Shown here: positions 1 to 13,210 of the stretch, piece after piece
How the letters are laid out: every line of letters begins with the position of its first letter
How positions within the stretch are numbered: the stretch's first letter is position 1
Origin: Chiloscyllium plagiosum
Lineage: Eukaryota
Direction: 5' to 3'
NCBI RefSeq assembly: GCF_004010195.1
Contig: NC_057751.1
Coordinates: forward strand, 5,012,791 to 5,062,603
DNA: 49,813 bases
Position numbers and translations under genes: made by a program
Notes under the pieces: model-generated
The model's database searches: none
What the model was told of the DNA's origin: nothing
Seen by the model: the letters and a program-made list of their open reading frames with translations, nothing else

Positions 1-414
1 CCCCCACCCGCAGCCCGGGGGGCAATCCCGGTGTGGGGGTGGGGGGGGGGGGGTGGGGGTGGGGGGGGGGGAAGGGAGAACCCCAGAAATCAGACAAGGG
101 ATGGGGAGAGCAGCAAGGCAGAGGGGTACTGGGGTCAGAGTAAACAGCAAGTGAGGGTGAAAGGTGGAGTATGGGAGCATGGGGCTGAGGGAGGTGGGAG
201 TCATAATGATGGGAAAGACGGTGAGGAGGGAGAGGGAGAGGGGAATGGGAGGGAGGGGTAAAGGTGGGGTGGGGACAGATGTGAAGTGGTCTGGTGCAGT
301 GGATTCTTCAGTGATCACTGGTGGGGATCTGCAGTGAGAGTAGTGTGCCTGGGGAATGTGTCCCTGATTATCAGCCACTATCCTTCTGATCCATTGCTGC
401 TGTATGATCTGCAG

Positions 415-541
415 GGTCCCCATGCCTGTAGCCATCCCAGACGACTGTGTTGCAGTTTTCCATCAGGATCAGTGTCGCTACCACGTGCACAAGGTGGACG
501 ACAGCTCAGTGGAATGCCCAGTGTTCAGCAGCGTCCTGTAG
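415..541 (+). CDS. MSMB-like: Terminal coding exon of beta-microseminoprotein (PSP94)-like gene A; upstream exons lie outside the window
   Basis: Acceptor ctgcag|G, phase 2, then VPMPVAIPDDCVAVFHQDQCRYHVHKVDDSSVECPVFSSVL* (TAG 539-541). The P-x-x-C-x8-C-x-Y-x-V-x9-C pattern matches the last exon of MSMB. Cys spacing is identical to the exon at 21641. AATAAA follows at 626. Confidence 0.88.
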
Positions 542-625
542 TAAGCTGATCATCGCTTCAGTTCCTCAGCAGAGAGGCACGAACCAACACCAGGGGGCAG
601 CATGGCCCTTCTGAAAATATCTGTC

Positions 626-631
626 AATAAA
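626..631 (+). terminator. Polyadenylation signal of MSMB-like gene A
   Basis: AATAAA about 85 nt after the stop codon. Confidence 0.7.
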
Positions 632-1945
632 CTAACTGCATCGTGCTCAAACTTTCTCTGCTTTACAGTTCATCAAGAAGTCTTCATGTTGGGGTGGTTG
701 GAAGAGAGAGTGTGGAGAGTGGGTGGAGGAGAGAGAATGCTGTGTGAGGAGAGTGAATGACAGAGAGCATGCACATGTGGGGATAGAGATAGAGAGAGAT
801 AGAGAGAGAGAGAGATAGAGAGACACACACACACACAGTGTGGTGGGGAGAGAGAGTGCATGTGAGCGGGCAGAGAAAGAGACAGTGAGTACACAGGGTG
901 AGAAGAGGGAGAGCATGATGGGGGAGCTAAGGGGACAGAGAGAGAAAGGGACAGTGTTGGTGGTGTCCTAATGTTGGGAATGGTGGGAGCTATATTCCAA
1001 ACCCCAGGTCTGTTTTTCTATGGAGTTGCTGAGAAGTAATTCCATGATGATTTGGCCTCAGGAGGGGATGAGGTGCAAGGGATAGTGTCCTGGCCTCAGG
1101 GCAGGGAGCTCCAGGTTGATGGTCCAGCCCAGGAGCTGAAGGATGGCCAGGTATTCTGTGTGCTAGGCCTGAGCCAGTGAGTAGCAGTAAATCAGAGGCT
1201 GTTACTGCTGTAGGAGCAACACAGTCAGGAGAGAGCGTCACACCTCCACCCTCAGCTGAATGACAGGCTCCAGAAGGACATGTGACCCTGTTCTTCACCT
1301 CTCTCAAGTGTGTCCAGCTCTGCAGCTAGGGAATTCCCACTAGAGTCTCTGCTGTGGTGGCAAGAGGAAATCAGAGACTGAGAATTCTGTGACAGGAAAC
1401 TCCCTCCCAAACAGCACTGTGGCACACGGACTGCAGAGGCTCTGAAAGATGCTCAGTGCCACCTTGGGCAATGCCAACTCAGGTGGCAATGTACTGTTCC
1501 CCCAGCACATACACACAACAAACTGTGACCATTAGCTCCACACCGTTGTTCCACTGTCTGTCACACCATTATGTCCACTTCAGCCAATCCCCAAGGACAC
1601 CACACCTCAATGAAAGGACAGCTCGATAGCCTTTGGTCATCTTTCAATATTTTCCCTGAAAGACACACAGTCAAACTCCATTTTCCCAACATTCGAGGCA
1701 GCAGTACCTGTATTGGTATGATCCCTGGTCATGGGTAAATCCAATCCCATATTGACATCTAGCTAGATAGATCGCATTTAGTTCAGAAAGGTGACCTCTC
1801 CCTCCCACAAGGTTTCAGGTTTAGTTTGACCACTCAAACCCCAGCTCATTATCCAAAGGCAGTGTAAAAGAATAAACCAGATTCTTTTACACATCAGGCA
1901 AGTTTAATTATTTTGGAAGATGTGAAACAGCTGATCTCATGTCAT

Positions 1946-2262
1946 AGATTAGATTAGATTCGATACCCTCCAGTATGGAAACAGGCCCTTCGGCCTAACA
2001 AGTCCACACCGACCCTCCAAAGAATAACTCATCCAGACCCATTCCCCTATCCTATACTGACCCCTGACTAATGCACCTGACATGATGGACAATTTAGCAT
2101 GGCCGATCCACCTACCAGCACATCTTTGGACTGTGGGAGGAAACCGGAGCGCCCAGAGGAATCCCACGCAGACCCGGGGAGAATGTGCAAACTCCACACA
2201 GACAGTTGCCCGAGGCTGGAATTGAACCGGGGTCCCTGGTGTTGTGAGGCAGCAGTGGTAAC
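1946..2262 (-). mobile_element. tRNA-derived V-SINE (HE1-like) with CR1-type tail
   Basis: Minus strand has B-box GGTTCAATTCC, V-domain TGTGTGGAGTTTGCACATTCTCCCC and an (AATCT)n tail. Confidence 0.85.
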
Positions 2263-5200
2263 ACAAGGCTGCAGGCCAAGAAATGGGAAATGGCATGAAA
2301 ATAGGTGGTTACTCAGTGAGAGGCACCATCCAGCAATCCATACCAGAACTGATACACCAGAGAGAATACTCAGCTCTGTCTAATATGGTGTTTGGCTTGG
2401 CTGGAAATTGAATTCCCCAGGAAAGAGTTGAAAACCTATCCTTTGATTCATCATGTAACTGAGCCTAGACTTTGTCAGCTTCACAGAAGCCCTCCAGGGC
2501 TGAAACCAAACAGCTGGTCTTGAGCTTCAATGGAACTCTTTGCTCTGAGCTTGCTGCATTTTATAACACATTGAAATGATCGTGTCTTACATATTCAGCT
2601 TTAGCACTCCCAGACTGAAACTCAACACAATCCTTTCATTTCCAAGATATGAGCTGTTCCCAGAAACAGAACAAAACACTCAATTGCTTACCTCACAAAC
2701 CACAGCCTACTACATAACAATTTATCCATTCCCTCAAAACACACTCCCATGAAACACATTACACTTCAAGCAGTCTCTTCTCTCTCAGTGTGACTTGAAA
2801 TGAAATCACCATGGCTGCAGAAATCCTTTCAAGTCAGTCATTAAACTGCTTCAGATTGAGTGAAGAACCCATATGCCACGAGTTCAAATTCCAATTGTCC
2901 AAAATGGAAAGTGAGCAATTTTCAATAAATGTAAATCACACCCCTTCAATCACTGAAGGCAGAAACCATGGCAGTGCAAGCACTTCAATGTCCATGGTGG
3001 TAATGCAGGCTGCTGGGAGCAACCTCTCTCTGACACAGAGAGATTCAGGCACCATTGCTACATGGCAGCTCTTGCTCAGAGCTTCAGGCAGGAAGCTAAT
3101 GGTGGCTATTTGCTCTGGTCTGTACTTCCCCTCCTGAACAAACTTTCACATGCGCTGGAGAGAGAGAGAGACGGGATGGGTGGGCGAGGGGGGTGCAGGG
3201 TTGAGGTGTGAGGGACATTGACAGGGTAGATATGGAGAAATATTTCCCCTTCGGCACACCGTTTGAAGGATCCTGAGGTGATGTGAGGAAGATGCTGTTC
3301 ACCCAGAGGCTGGTGGCTAACTGGAAGGCCACTGAAAGGCTGGGACACGTCGGAACCCTCACCACACTTCAGAAGGGTTCAGATGATCACACAAAACATC
3401 ACAAGTACTCAAGGCTGCAGGTCAAGTGCTGGGAAATGGCATGAAAATAGGCAGCTACTCAGTGACAGGCATTAGAACAATGGGCTGAAGGGCCTCAGAC
3501 CAGGCTGGGGCAGCCCTGTATTGTTAGTTTAGCTGCGGACCCATGAGTTATGAGGAAAAGGCTACATGATGGAGAGCACTGACAGGAATGGCCGAGTGAA
3601 GACTACATCAGCCCTCCTGACTCACACCTCAGTGTCAGGAGGTGAGGAAAGTGGGTCTGAAATCACTCTTCAGAGACTGGTATCCCATCCCCAATCCCCC
3701 TGCATTTAGAACTACGCGGCTTTTGACGATAGCACTGTCTGTCCCTGAGTCCAGTGTTCAGCATCTCAATGTCACTGCCATTCACTCTCTCATGTCAGTC
3801 TGGGCTCCCTGATTAGACCCAATGAACAGCCGCAGTCAGGGCTGTTCCCACCGACTGACCTGATCACAATCTCTCAGGGTCTCTGGGAAGAGGTGAGAGA
3901 CCCAGGCCCCCATCCCCCCACCTGGATGGACATGGAAGCTGCTAAGGTGGTATTTGGGGGACTCCCGTGGGCAGAACTCCCTGTTTGTCGCTGGGTCAAT
4001 GACACAGGCACAGAGGACCCTGGTCCTGAGCATGGTGCTGCCACTTGCCCCAGTTCCCCGTGCTTCCCCCTAAGCCCCCACACTCCCCGACTTCCTTCCA
4101 CTTGGCCCATCGGAGGGAAAGGGAGTAGGGGGGCCCGGTCTGAGCTGAGGGGAGAAGAGAAAGCCAAGAGAGAACAGATCCATTGAGGTTCCAGACTGAA
4201 CAAGCGATGGGGAAGATGTAACCCTCCCCCTTCCCCCAATCTGTGTGACTGGCAGCAGCTGATCCATTCCCCCCACCCCAGGCAGCGCTCCCCCCATCGG
4301 AACTTCCCATGTCTCTCTCAGTCTGTCCAGAGGGCAGTTGGGGCATTGCCAGTGTCAGGTGTAGGGCCAGACCAGGTGAGGGTGGCAGACTGGCTGCCCT
4401 TTGAAGGACATATGAGGTGGGGCTTTCCCTGACAATAGATTCACGGTCACCACAGGGGACTCTTCATTCCACAGTTTTCATCTGATCCAGACCCCACCAT
4501 CTGCTGTAGCAGGATTGGAGCTCAGATCTCCAGGAGCTGAGCTGGTCAGAGTGGAAATGCCATGGAGGGAGGGAATGGGTGTGCCTGGCCGGGTGGGGGA
4601 ACGAGGCCGGGAGCAGCTATGTTCAAATGGTAGGTGAGTCCATGCACTATCTGGGAGTGAAGGTCTGTCCACTCAGTGTGGACGGTGGTCTCTGTGACAC
4701 CTGGGGGAGGGGGGATAAACCTTCGGCAGCCTTACTGATGGCTTAGTTTCTCAGAGATTTGAACCTGCTGGCTTGCCAAGAAGGGAACACTGCAGTGACG
4801 TGTCTTTCCCCACACCCTCAGGAACACAGCGTTTGTGCTGTCTCTGCAAGATAGCACAGAGCAGGCAGTCCGAGAAATACTCAGTGCTGTGACAAAGACA
4901 GAGTACTGAGAGTGCTGGAACTCTGAAGCCAGCACACAGTGTACTGCAGAAACTCAGCAAGGCATGGCAGTGTCTTGAGGCAGCGAGAGAGAGAGAGAGA
5001 GAGAGGGACAGTCCCCTCTTCACAGACTGAGTGCTATTGGACTGCAGGGGTCAGCTCCTAGACACAGTCTGGCATAAGGGGACTGAGAGAGAGAGACTGA
5101 CAGAACCACACTGCTCCATCTTCCTGTTGCATCTTGTGCAATCCCTGCTCCCACACACCCCCCTTTTGAATTTAGCCCGTTTCTTGCCCAACCCCCAACT

Positions 5201-5559
5201 GTGAAAGGGGGGAGGGTGAAACAATCTGGCAGCCTTCATCAGCCCAATCAGTCCTGAAACCAGAGAGAGAGAGAGACCTTTCCATGCTCCTCTCTGTCAC
5301 TGGCTCAAACTTCCCAATCAGCTCATCCCTTCATCCCCTTGCTCCATCCCCAAAGCCCCTCACCATTCCCCTTTCCACCCAGAATTAGTCACTATCCCTG
5401 GGTTACTGCACCCCGGACCAGAACTGGGACCCAGGTCCCAATTATCTGGCCCTTCAAACCCTCTTCTCCAGCATCGCCCTCCCCTTCTCAACTTTCCCCA
5501 CGCATGCACACACACGGACACTCACACATTCAATCACCATCCTGACTTGAAAATACATC

Positions 5560-5720
5560 ACTGAGTCAAAATCCTGGAACCCACTCCCTCAGGGTATTGT
5601 GGGTCAGCCCACAGCACATGGGCTGCAGCGCGTCAAGAAATCAGCTCACCCCCCACCTTCTCAAGGGGGCAACTAAGGACAGGGTAATAAATGTTGGGCC
5701 CAGTCAATGACTCCCATGTT
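5560..5720 (+). mobile_element. Old SINE/LINE 3' tail fragment (DeuSINE or L2-like; family uncertain)
   Basis: aaatcctggaac...ctgcagcg..tcaagaa..cagctcacc..caccttctcaag...ggg.aataaatg.tgg. Related decayed pieces are near 1390-1460, 4330-4540, 22200-22340, 38730-39120, 43360-43600 and 48120-48300. Confidence 0.5.
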
Positions 5721-6390
5721 TACATTAAAGTCAATATCGTGAGAAGGAGAGGTGATTTTTATGCAGGAGTGTTGAGGGTGGTGGAGGGACGGAGATAGAC
5801 AGAATGAAACCAGAAAGCAGCTGAGTAAGGGTCTGTTACTGTGCATGATCCCAGAGCACAGACAGACAGTCGGAGGAATGGAGTGTGCTGCTGAGTCAGT
5901 CAGTTCTTGGACAGGCAATGTTCCTGCTGTTTCTGCCTGCAGCTTCCAAAGCAATGGGCCTGTCAGCGGTGGGGACTGGCAGAGAGGAATAGGCCAGCTG
6001 CTGGACAAAGAGAGAGAGAGAGTGAGAGCGAGCAGGTCCTCTGGTACAGAGCTGACCATGACGGTGATGCTCATCTGGGAGAAGCCAGGGGAGACTCAGC
6101 CCCTTTCACACTCTCCCCCCACTGCCCACTCTGAGGACACAGGGCTGTGGGCTATGGGATCAGTTTGGCACACTGCTCACAGTCAGGGGTACCACGTACC
6201 CTCTCAGACAGAATCCCACTAAACCGCAAACAGCTCTCCCTACCCCTCAGCACTGGGTGAAGTCTGTACTGCTGAAGCATATTATCTGCTGTGTGTGTTC
6301 TCTGACACTGTACACAGCAGAGCACCCCATAGACAGCACTGTCAGAATCCTCATCATCACACTGCTCTAGCCCAGTGCTCGATCTATAAA

Positions 6391-6595
6391 GACTGGAAAA
6401 GCACAGCAGGTCAGGCAGCATCCGAGGAGCAGGAAAATTGATATTTCGGGCAAATCAGGAATAGAGCTCATGAAGGGCTTTTGCCCGAAACGCGATTTCC
6501 CTGCTCCTCGGATGCTACCTGACCTGCTGTGCTTTTCCAGCACCACTCGAACTTAGACTCTGGTTTCCAGCATCTGCAGTCATTGTTTTTACCTG
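6391..6595. mobile_element. Two Penelope-like 3'-end (pLTR) fragments in inverted orientation, with a degenerate hammerhead motif
   Basis: 6393-6460 (ctggaaaagcacagcaggtcaggcagcatccgaggagcagg) is the reverse complement of 6499-6541. The segment catgaagggcttttgcccgaaacgcg lies between them. Confidence 0.8.
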
Positions 6596-6609
6596 GAATA
6601 AAACTTCAA

Positions 6610-8056
6610 CACACACTCACACACACACACAGACACACACACACACACACACACAGACACACACACACNNNNNNNNNNNNNNNNNNNNNNNNNNNNNNNN
6701 NNNNNNNNNNNNNNNNNNNNNNNNNNNNNNNNNNNNNNNNNNNNNNNNNNNNNNNNNNNNNNNNNNNNNNNNNNNNNNNNNNNNNNNNNNNNNNNNNNNN
6801 NNNNNNNNNNNNNNNNNNNNNNNNNNNNNNNNNNNNNNNNNNNNNNNNNNNNNNNNNNNNNNNNNNNNNNNNNNNNNNNNNNNNNNNNNNNNNNNNNNNN
6901 NNNNNNNNNNNNNNNNNNNNNNNNNNNNNNNNNNNNNNNNNNNNNNNNNNNNNNNNNNNNNNNNNNNNNNNNNNNNNNNNNNNNNNNNNNNNNNNNNNNN
7001 NNNNNNNNNNNNNNNNNNNNNNNNNNNNNNNNNNNNNNNNNNNNNNNNNNNNNNNNNNNNNNNNNNNNNNNNNNNNNNNNNNNNNNNNNNNNNNNNNNNN
7101 NNNNNNNNNNNNNNNNNNNNNNNNNNNNNNNNNNNNNNNNNNNNNNNNNNNNNNNNNNNNNNNNNNNNNNNNNNNNNNNNNNNNNNNNNNNNNNNNNNNN
7201 NNNNNNNNNNNNNNNNNNNNNNNNNNNNNNNNNNNNNNNNNNNNNNNNNNNNNNNNNNNNNNNNNNNNNNNNNNNNNNNNNNNNNNNNNNNNNNNNNNNN
7301 NNNNNNNNNNNNNNNNNNNNNNNNNNNNNNNNNNNNNNNNNNNNNNNNNNNNNNNNNNNNNNNNNNNNNNNNNNNNNNNNNNNNNNNNNNNNAGGCACAC
7401 ATACACACAGACACATACACACACACACACTCACACACACACAGGCACACATACACACAGACACATACACACAGACACATACACACAGACACATACACAC
7501 AGACACATACACACAGACACATACACACAGACACATACACACAGACACATACACACAGACACATACACACAGACACATACACACAGACACATACACACAG
7601 ACACATACACACAGACACATACACACAGACACATACACACAGACACATACACACAGACACATACACACAGACACATACACACAGACACATACACACAGAC
7701 ACATACACACAGACACATACACACAGACACATACACACAGACACATACACACAGACACATACACACAGACACATACACACAGACACATACACACAGACAC
7801 ATACACACAGACACATACACACAGACACATACACACAGACACATACACACAGACACATACACACAGACACATACACACAGACACATACACAGGCACACAT
7901 ACACACAGACACATACACACAGACACATACACACTCACAGACACACACACACAGACACACATACACACAGATACATACACAGACACATACACACACTCAC
8001 AGACACACATACACACAGACACACACACAGACACAGACACACACTCACAGACACAC
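6610..8056. repeat. CA-rich tandem repeat (14-bp unit ACACAGACACATAC) spanning an assembly gap (N 6669-7392)
   Basis: Periodicity is directly visible. Confidence 0.95.
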
Positions 8057-9189
8057 ATGACAAAAGCTCCATCAAAGAGTGGGATTTTAAGGAGCACTGA
8101 AAGCAGAGATGTTTGAGGAGGGAATTTTAGAACAGGATGCTGCAGGCAGGGTTACTGATATTTGGAGAGGTGGGAATCTGGGAGGTTCTGGTGTTGGACG
8201 GGGTGCTGATGCTGAAACCAGCCGGGGTGGGGCTGGGAAATGCCCTTGAGTGACCGGGCTCCAGGCATGGTGCTATCTCCCTCAAAGGGTTGTGTGTGTC
8301 AAGGGAGGGGCTGGGGACCCAGGGCTTCTCAATGTGGAGCTCCCCGTGATGGACTGCTTTTGGGGGCTGTTTGAGTAAAGAAGACAGATGTTCCTCTCTC
8401 CCCGAATTTACAAGGAGCCCTTCTTGTGTTCCCCTCAGGCAGCCTCCTGGTCTCAGTCTCCCGTCTTGTCACAACCCCCTGACCTGAATAATTCCCACCT
8501 CGCTGTAACAGGGCCATGTAGTTCATTCAGAACCACCCAAGCAGTAACCAAACCAAGCAAGACAAAACCCAGTGTGATTCCTGGAACAAACGCACCCCCC
8601 CCGCTCACCCCCCCACCACGCTGTCTAACCATTCACCCAACTGAAATTATCTTTAATGATAGACCTGGGATTCCACTCCCAGACTGTAGCCTCTGTCATT
8701 ACCAAGTGGAGCTCAGCAGGGGAGTGCTTTGTTTTAGGACTGATTTATAATGTCTGCAGATTTTCCCCTCTCCCTGTTTCCTTCCGCATCAGGGGCAGCT
8801 CCCCCCCCACCCCACCCCACCCCCCCCCCCATACCCTGCCCTGATCAGGGGACCAATTCACCCCCCACCGTGGGTTAAAACCGGCCCCACAGAGGGTGAG
8901 AGGCTGTCTGCTTGGAGAAATGGCCCCTGTGGTTCCCTCAGTCTGTCAATGTGCCCAATTACTCGGGACAGTCCCAGAACTCAGTCTGGACTGCTGCCCT
9001 GAGATCTGAAAAACAGCTCTGTGAGGAAGCCCCAACCAATGGAAACACTCTGTCATTCTGTTCCACATCCAAGATCCACAAGGGGGGCATGAACAATTCC
9101 TCTGCAATACTGTGACCAATACCACTGGCCTTTCTTCCCACGGATATCGGTGGGATCTAGCTGTGTAAAAAAATCTCAATCCCTGGTCA

Positions 9190-9497
9190 GACCCCACATG
9201 GAGTATAGTGGATAGATCTGGGCCCCACACCCCATGAAGGATACACTGGCCTCGGAGGGAGTACGATGTAGATTAACAAGAATGATAACATGGACTTCAG
9301 GAATTAGGTTACAGGGAGAGATTACACAAACTAGCCCTGTTTCCTCTGGAATTGAGAAGGTTAAGGGCGATCTGAACAAGCTGTACAAGATATTAACAGG
9401 ACGAGACAGGGGAGAGGAAGATCAACCATTCCCACTGGTCGGAGATTGCAGAACCAGGGGGACAAAGACTGAGACTTAGGGCCACAGCATTCAGGAG
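9190..9497 (+). mobile_element. Decayed CR1 LINE 3' fragment
   Basis: Translates to ...KGDLNKLYKILTGRDR...RTRG, typical of the CR1 ORF2 C-terminus. Confidence 0.65.
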
Positions 9498-11180
9498 AGA
9501 TAGGAGATGCTGGAGATCAGAGTCGAAGAGTGTGCCGCTGGAAAAGCACAGCAGGTCAGGCAGCATCCGAGGAGCAGGAGAATCGACGTTTCAGGCAAAA
9601 TTTCTTCATCAGGAATGAGGCTGGGAGCCTCGGGGAGTGGAGAGATACTGAGATCCTTGTAGAGACAGGAGGAGAACTTCTTCAATGTTGACATCCTTGG
9701 AAGAGAATTCATAGTAAGTTTAAAATCAGCTAGAGGATCATGGGGTTGGAGGGTCCCAAGGCGGAAGATGAGACATTCTTCCTCCAGGCATTGGGTGGTG
9801 AGGGTGTGGCGATGGAGGAGGCCCAGGACCTGCATGTTCTTGGCGGAGTGGGAGGGGGAATTGAAATGTTCAACCATGGGGCAGTGGGTTTGGTTGGTGT
9901 GGGTGTCCCGGAGATGTTCTCCAAAACATTCCGCAAGTAGGCGCCATGTCTTCCCAAAGCAGAGGATACCACATTGGGAGCAATGGATACAGTAGATGAC
10001 CTGTGTGGAAGTGCAGTGAAACTTTGGTGGATGTGGAAGGCTCCTTTAGGGCCTTGGATGGAGATGAAGGTGGGAGGTGTGGGCGCAGGTTTTACAATTC
10101 CTGCGGTGGCAAGGGAAGGTGCCAGGACGCGAGGGTGGGTTGTAGGGAGGCATGGACCTGACCAGGTAGTCACAGAGGGAACGGTCTTTGCGGAAGGCGG
10201 GTAAGGGTGGGAAATGGTGGCGGAGGATGATGCGATGTATGCAGAGGTTGGTGGGGTGGAAGGTGAGGACCTGGGGTGGGGTTCTGTCCTTGTTGCGATT
10301 GGAGTGGTGGGGGACCTGGGGTGGGGTGGGGGGGTGGGGGTTCTGTCCTTGTGGTATTGGGAGGGATGGGATTCAAGGGCAGAGGTGCGGGAAGTGATGG
10401 AGATATGCTGGGAAGCATTGTTGACTATATCGGAGGGGAAATTGCAATCTCTAAAGAAGGTGTGTTCTGTGGTGGAACTGGTCCTCCTGGGAGCAGATCC
10501 GGCGGAGGCGGAGGAATTGGGAATACGGGATGTCATTTTTGCAGGAGGTAGGGTAAGAAGAGATGTAATCCAGGTAGCTGTGGGAGTCGGTGGGTTTGTA
10601 AAAAATGTCAGTGTCAAGTCAGTCGTCACTAATGGAGATGGAGAGGTCCAGGAAGGGGAGGGAGGTGTCAGAGATGGTCCAGGTAAATTTAAGGTCAGGG
10701 TGGAATGTGTTGGTGAAGTTGATGAATTGCACAACCTCCTCGCGGGAGCACGAGGTGGCACCAATGCAGTCAACAATGTAGCGNNNNNNNNNNNNNNNNN
10801 NNNNNNNNNNGGATGTAGGTGTAGAGGGATTGGATATCCATGGTGAAGATGAGGCATTGGGGGCCGGGGAAACGGAAGTCTTGGAGGAGGTGGAGGGCGT
10901 GGGTGGTGTCTCGAATGTATGTGGGGAGTTCCTGGACTAGGGGGGATCGGACAGTGTCGAGGTAGGTCGAGATGAGTTCAGTGGGACAGGAGCATGCTGA
11001 GACAATGGGTCAGCCAGGGTGGTCAGGCTTGTGGGTCTTGGGAAGGAGGTAGAACCGGGCAGTGTGGGATTCCCGGACTAAGAGGTTGGAAGCTGTGGGT
11101 GGAAGATCTCCTGAGGTGATGAGGTTATGGACGGTCTGGGAGATGACGGTTTGGAATCCAGCATCTGCAGTTTGTGTGTG
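9497..11180 (-). mobile_element. Penelope-like retroelement (RT C-terminus + GIY-YIG endonuclease + 3' pLTR with hammerhead remnant), frameshifted
   Basis: Minus-strand peptides include GPKGAFHIHQSF and VEHFNSPSHS..MQVLGLLH..LEEECLIFRLGTLQPH, and an FYLLPKTHKP RT motif near 11050. The pLTR is at 9500-9620. A short inverted pLTR piece is at ~11153-11180. Confidence 0.85.
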
Positions 11181-11316
11181 TCTAACTTCTCCTTCAGCCA
11201 GCAGTGCAGAGAACAGAGTGTCACGTCACAGTGGGAGCACAGTGTTCCCCAGTGAAGGAACAGCGTTTTCTCAGATAACAGGACTGACGATACCCTGAAC
11301 GGGTGACAGCAGGCTG

Positions 11317-11324
11317 TATAAAAG
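11317..11324 (+). promoter_or_regulatory. Candidate TATA box for MSMB-like gene B
   Basis: TATAAAAG in non-repeat sequence 4.9 kb upstream of exon 2. The link to the gene is inferred only. Confidence 0.3.
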
Positions 11325-12610
11325 AGTGCAGCTCTGTGCTCTCTCTCTGAACAGTTGAGAAGCTAGGTCACCCTGTTTCTGTCTTCGTACACCCCGTGAG
11401 TAACAAGGCAGCTGTTCCTGGTACACCCTGACGTCTGAGCGCCTGTGCTCTCGCCCCTGACCGAGACCAGCTTGACCATCCATTGGAAGAACCAGGAGGA
11501 AGCTTGTTCCATCGGACTGAACATTGGGCGTGGTCTCCCTCAAACCCACCAAGAACAAAGCCTCTAGCACTTTCCACACGGAACTCAACAAAGACTTCCC
11601 TTCAGGAGCAGTCATGGTGCAGGTTAGTACATGAAAAGTTATCAGAGAGAGGACATTCGGCCCATTGAGTCATTGCTGACTCCCTTCACCCCATTCCCCA
11701 ACACTAGGCCCAGAGCCATTGGCTGAAATCCTTTGTCAGTGTGTGTGAGATGAGGGTTTCTGTCTCTTGCACGCTCGCTGGTACTGGGAGTGTGTGCTGA
11801 ACTCCAGCCGAGGTTCAGCTGATGTTGGCTGGGTTCCTGAACATGGTCAGAGGAGGGTATGGATGGAGAGGGGGAGCAGGCTTGGAATGAACAATACCTC
11901 GGAACACTGACATTCCTGTGGGTCAGCCATTGTCCTGTCTTTAATCCCACACCCTCTCCCAAAACCAATCCAGTCACAAAGACTGATTATCAAACATCAA
12001 CCGGAGAGAGAGAGAGAGAGAGGGAGAGACTTCAGATCAGAAAAGGGACTCAGCCTCAGATTAAACTCTCCTCCATCCTCCGAAAATGTAAAGCTGTCTC
12101 GGGTTCTCCTGGGGAGGTAGTATGGAGATTGGGGCAGCAGTTTTCAGTATCACCCTCAGAGTTTCAGCTGAAGGTCATCTGATGATGTAGATATGGCTCC
12201 CTGAAGGGGTCAGTCCAAGGGAACTCTCTTGAACACTTGGGGGATAAATATTCCATGTGTGAGAATCCATTCACAATGACCATCATGAGCTCAGCTCCCC
12301 TGAGCCATTGAGTGGGTCTGAGCTGAAAGCCAGTGCCCCAGTTTGTAGTTAGTGAGTGAAATGAACAGTTAGTGCTATGTCACCTTACCTTCCTTTTCAG
12401 CGTTAGAACAATGACCTGATATTTCCACCTGAAACTCTCACACCATGTTTCAACCCAGCTTGTGTCCAGTCAGGGAGTCCTGGAGATGTACAGCATGGAA
12501 ACAGACCCTTCAAAACAACTCACAGGTCAGGAAGAAATCTGCACTGACATTTGGAGAGAGTTCCCTTTGTGATTTGGTCTTGATTTTGATTTTTGGTGTT
12601 ATTCTAACCA

Positions 12611-12779
12611 TGCAGAGAGACAGATTTACCTCTTCCTCCAACCACCACATTCCTGATGAAGGGCTTATGCCCGAAACGTCGATTCTCCTGCTCCCTGGAT
12701 GCTGCCTGACCTGCTGTGCTTTTCCAGCACCACTCTAATCTAGACTCTGATCTCCAGCATCTGCGGCCCTCGCTTTCTC
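12611..12779 (+). mobile_element. Short Penelope-like 3'-end insertion with 12-bp target-site duplication
   Basis: Flanked by TTATTCTAACCA at 12599-12610 and 12780-12791. Same sequence family as the pLTR at 9500-9620. Confidence 0.85.
12649..12684 (+). ncRNA. Minimal type I hammerhead ribozyme motif (family 1)
   Basis: attc CTGATGA a GGGC ttat GCCC GAAA CGTC gatt. Both core boxes are present, with a 4-bp stem II, palindromic ACGT in place of stem III, and a GUC cleavage triplet. Stem I is weak. Confidence 0.75.
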
Positions 12780-13174
12780 TTATTCTAACCACGGCCCACA
12801 GTGCTCTGAGGTAGCTCAGCAACTCGCCCAGTGTACCATCCTCTCAGCTGAACAGAATAAACTTTAAACCCTTCAACGGCCCCTGGGTGGGGTCACTGGC
12901 AGGATTAGCAGCAAGAATGGGGAGTTTGTTGAGATCTTTGTTTGACCCCGTGGCGATTAAACAGGCTCCCATTGTTCATTAAATTCCTCCAAATAAATAG
13001 CTTATTCTTATTTCAATCTTCTCACTGACTTCATTCCTGGAAGGACACAGAATTTGATCTTCTCTCGTTGCCCTCCAGGTTTTGTTGGTCCTGCCCTTTG
13101 ACACAATGGTTTCTCCCCAGCTCCTTGGCACATGGTCTCTGCTATTTGCCTGCAGCTGCTTACACCATTCCCTC

Positions 13175-13210
13175 ATGATCAAAGCAGTGGCTGTCTTTGC
13201 CAGTCTCATG
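13175..13210 (+). CDS. One candidate first coding exon of MSMB-like gene B (MIKAVAVFASLM, or only the final ATG)
   Basis: ATG|gtatgg phase-0 donor, in frame with exon 2. The alternative candidate is ATG|gtatac at 15760-15762, downstream of CCAAT at 15688. Unresolved. Confidence 0.25.

Noticed and set aside
286..549. 87-aa ORF in the track
   Set aside because: Overlaps the gene A exon in a different frame.
6529..8100. Long His/Thr and Cys/Val ORFs
   Set aside because: Microsatellite plus N gap.
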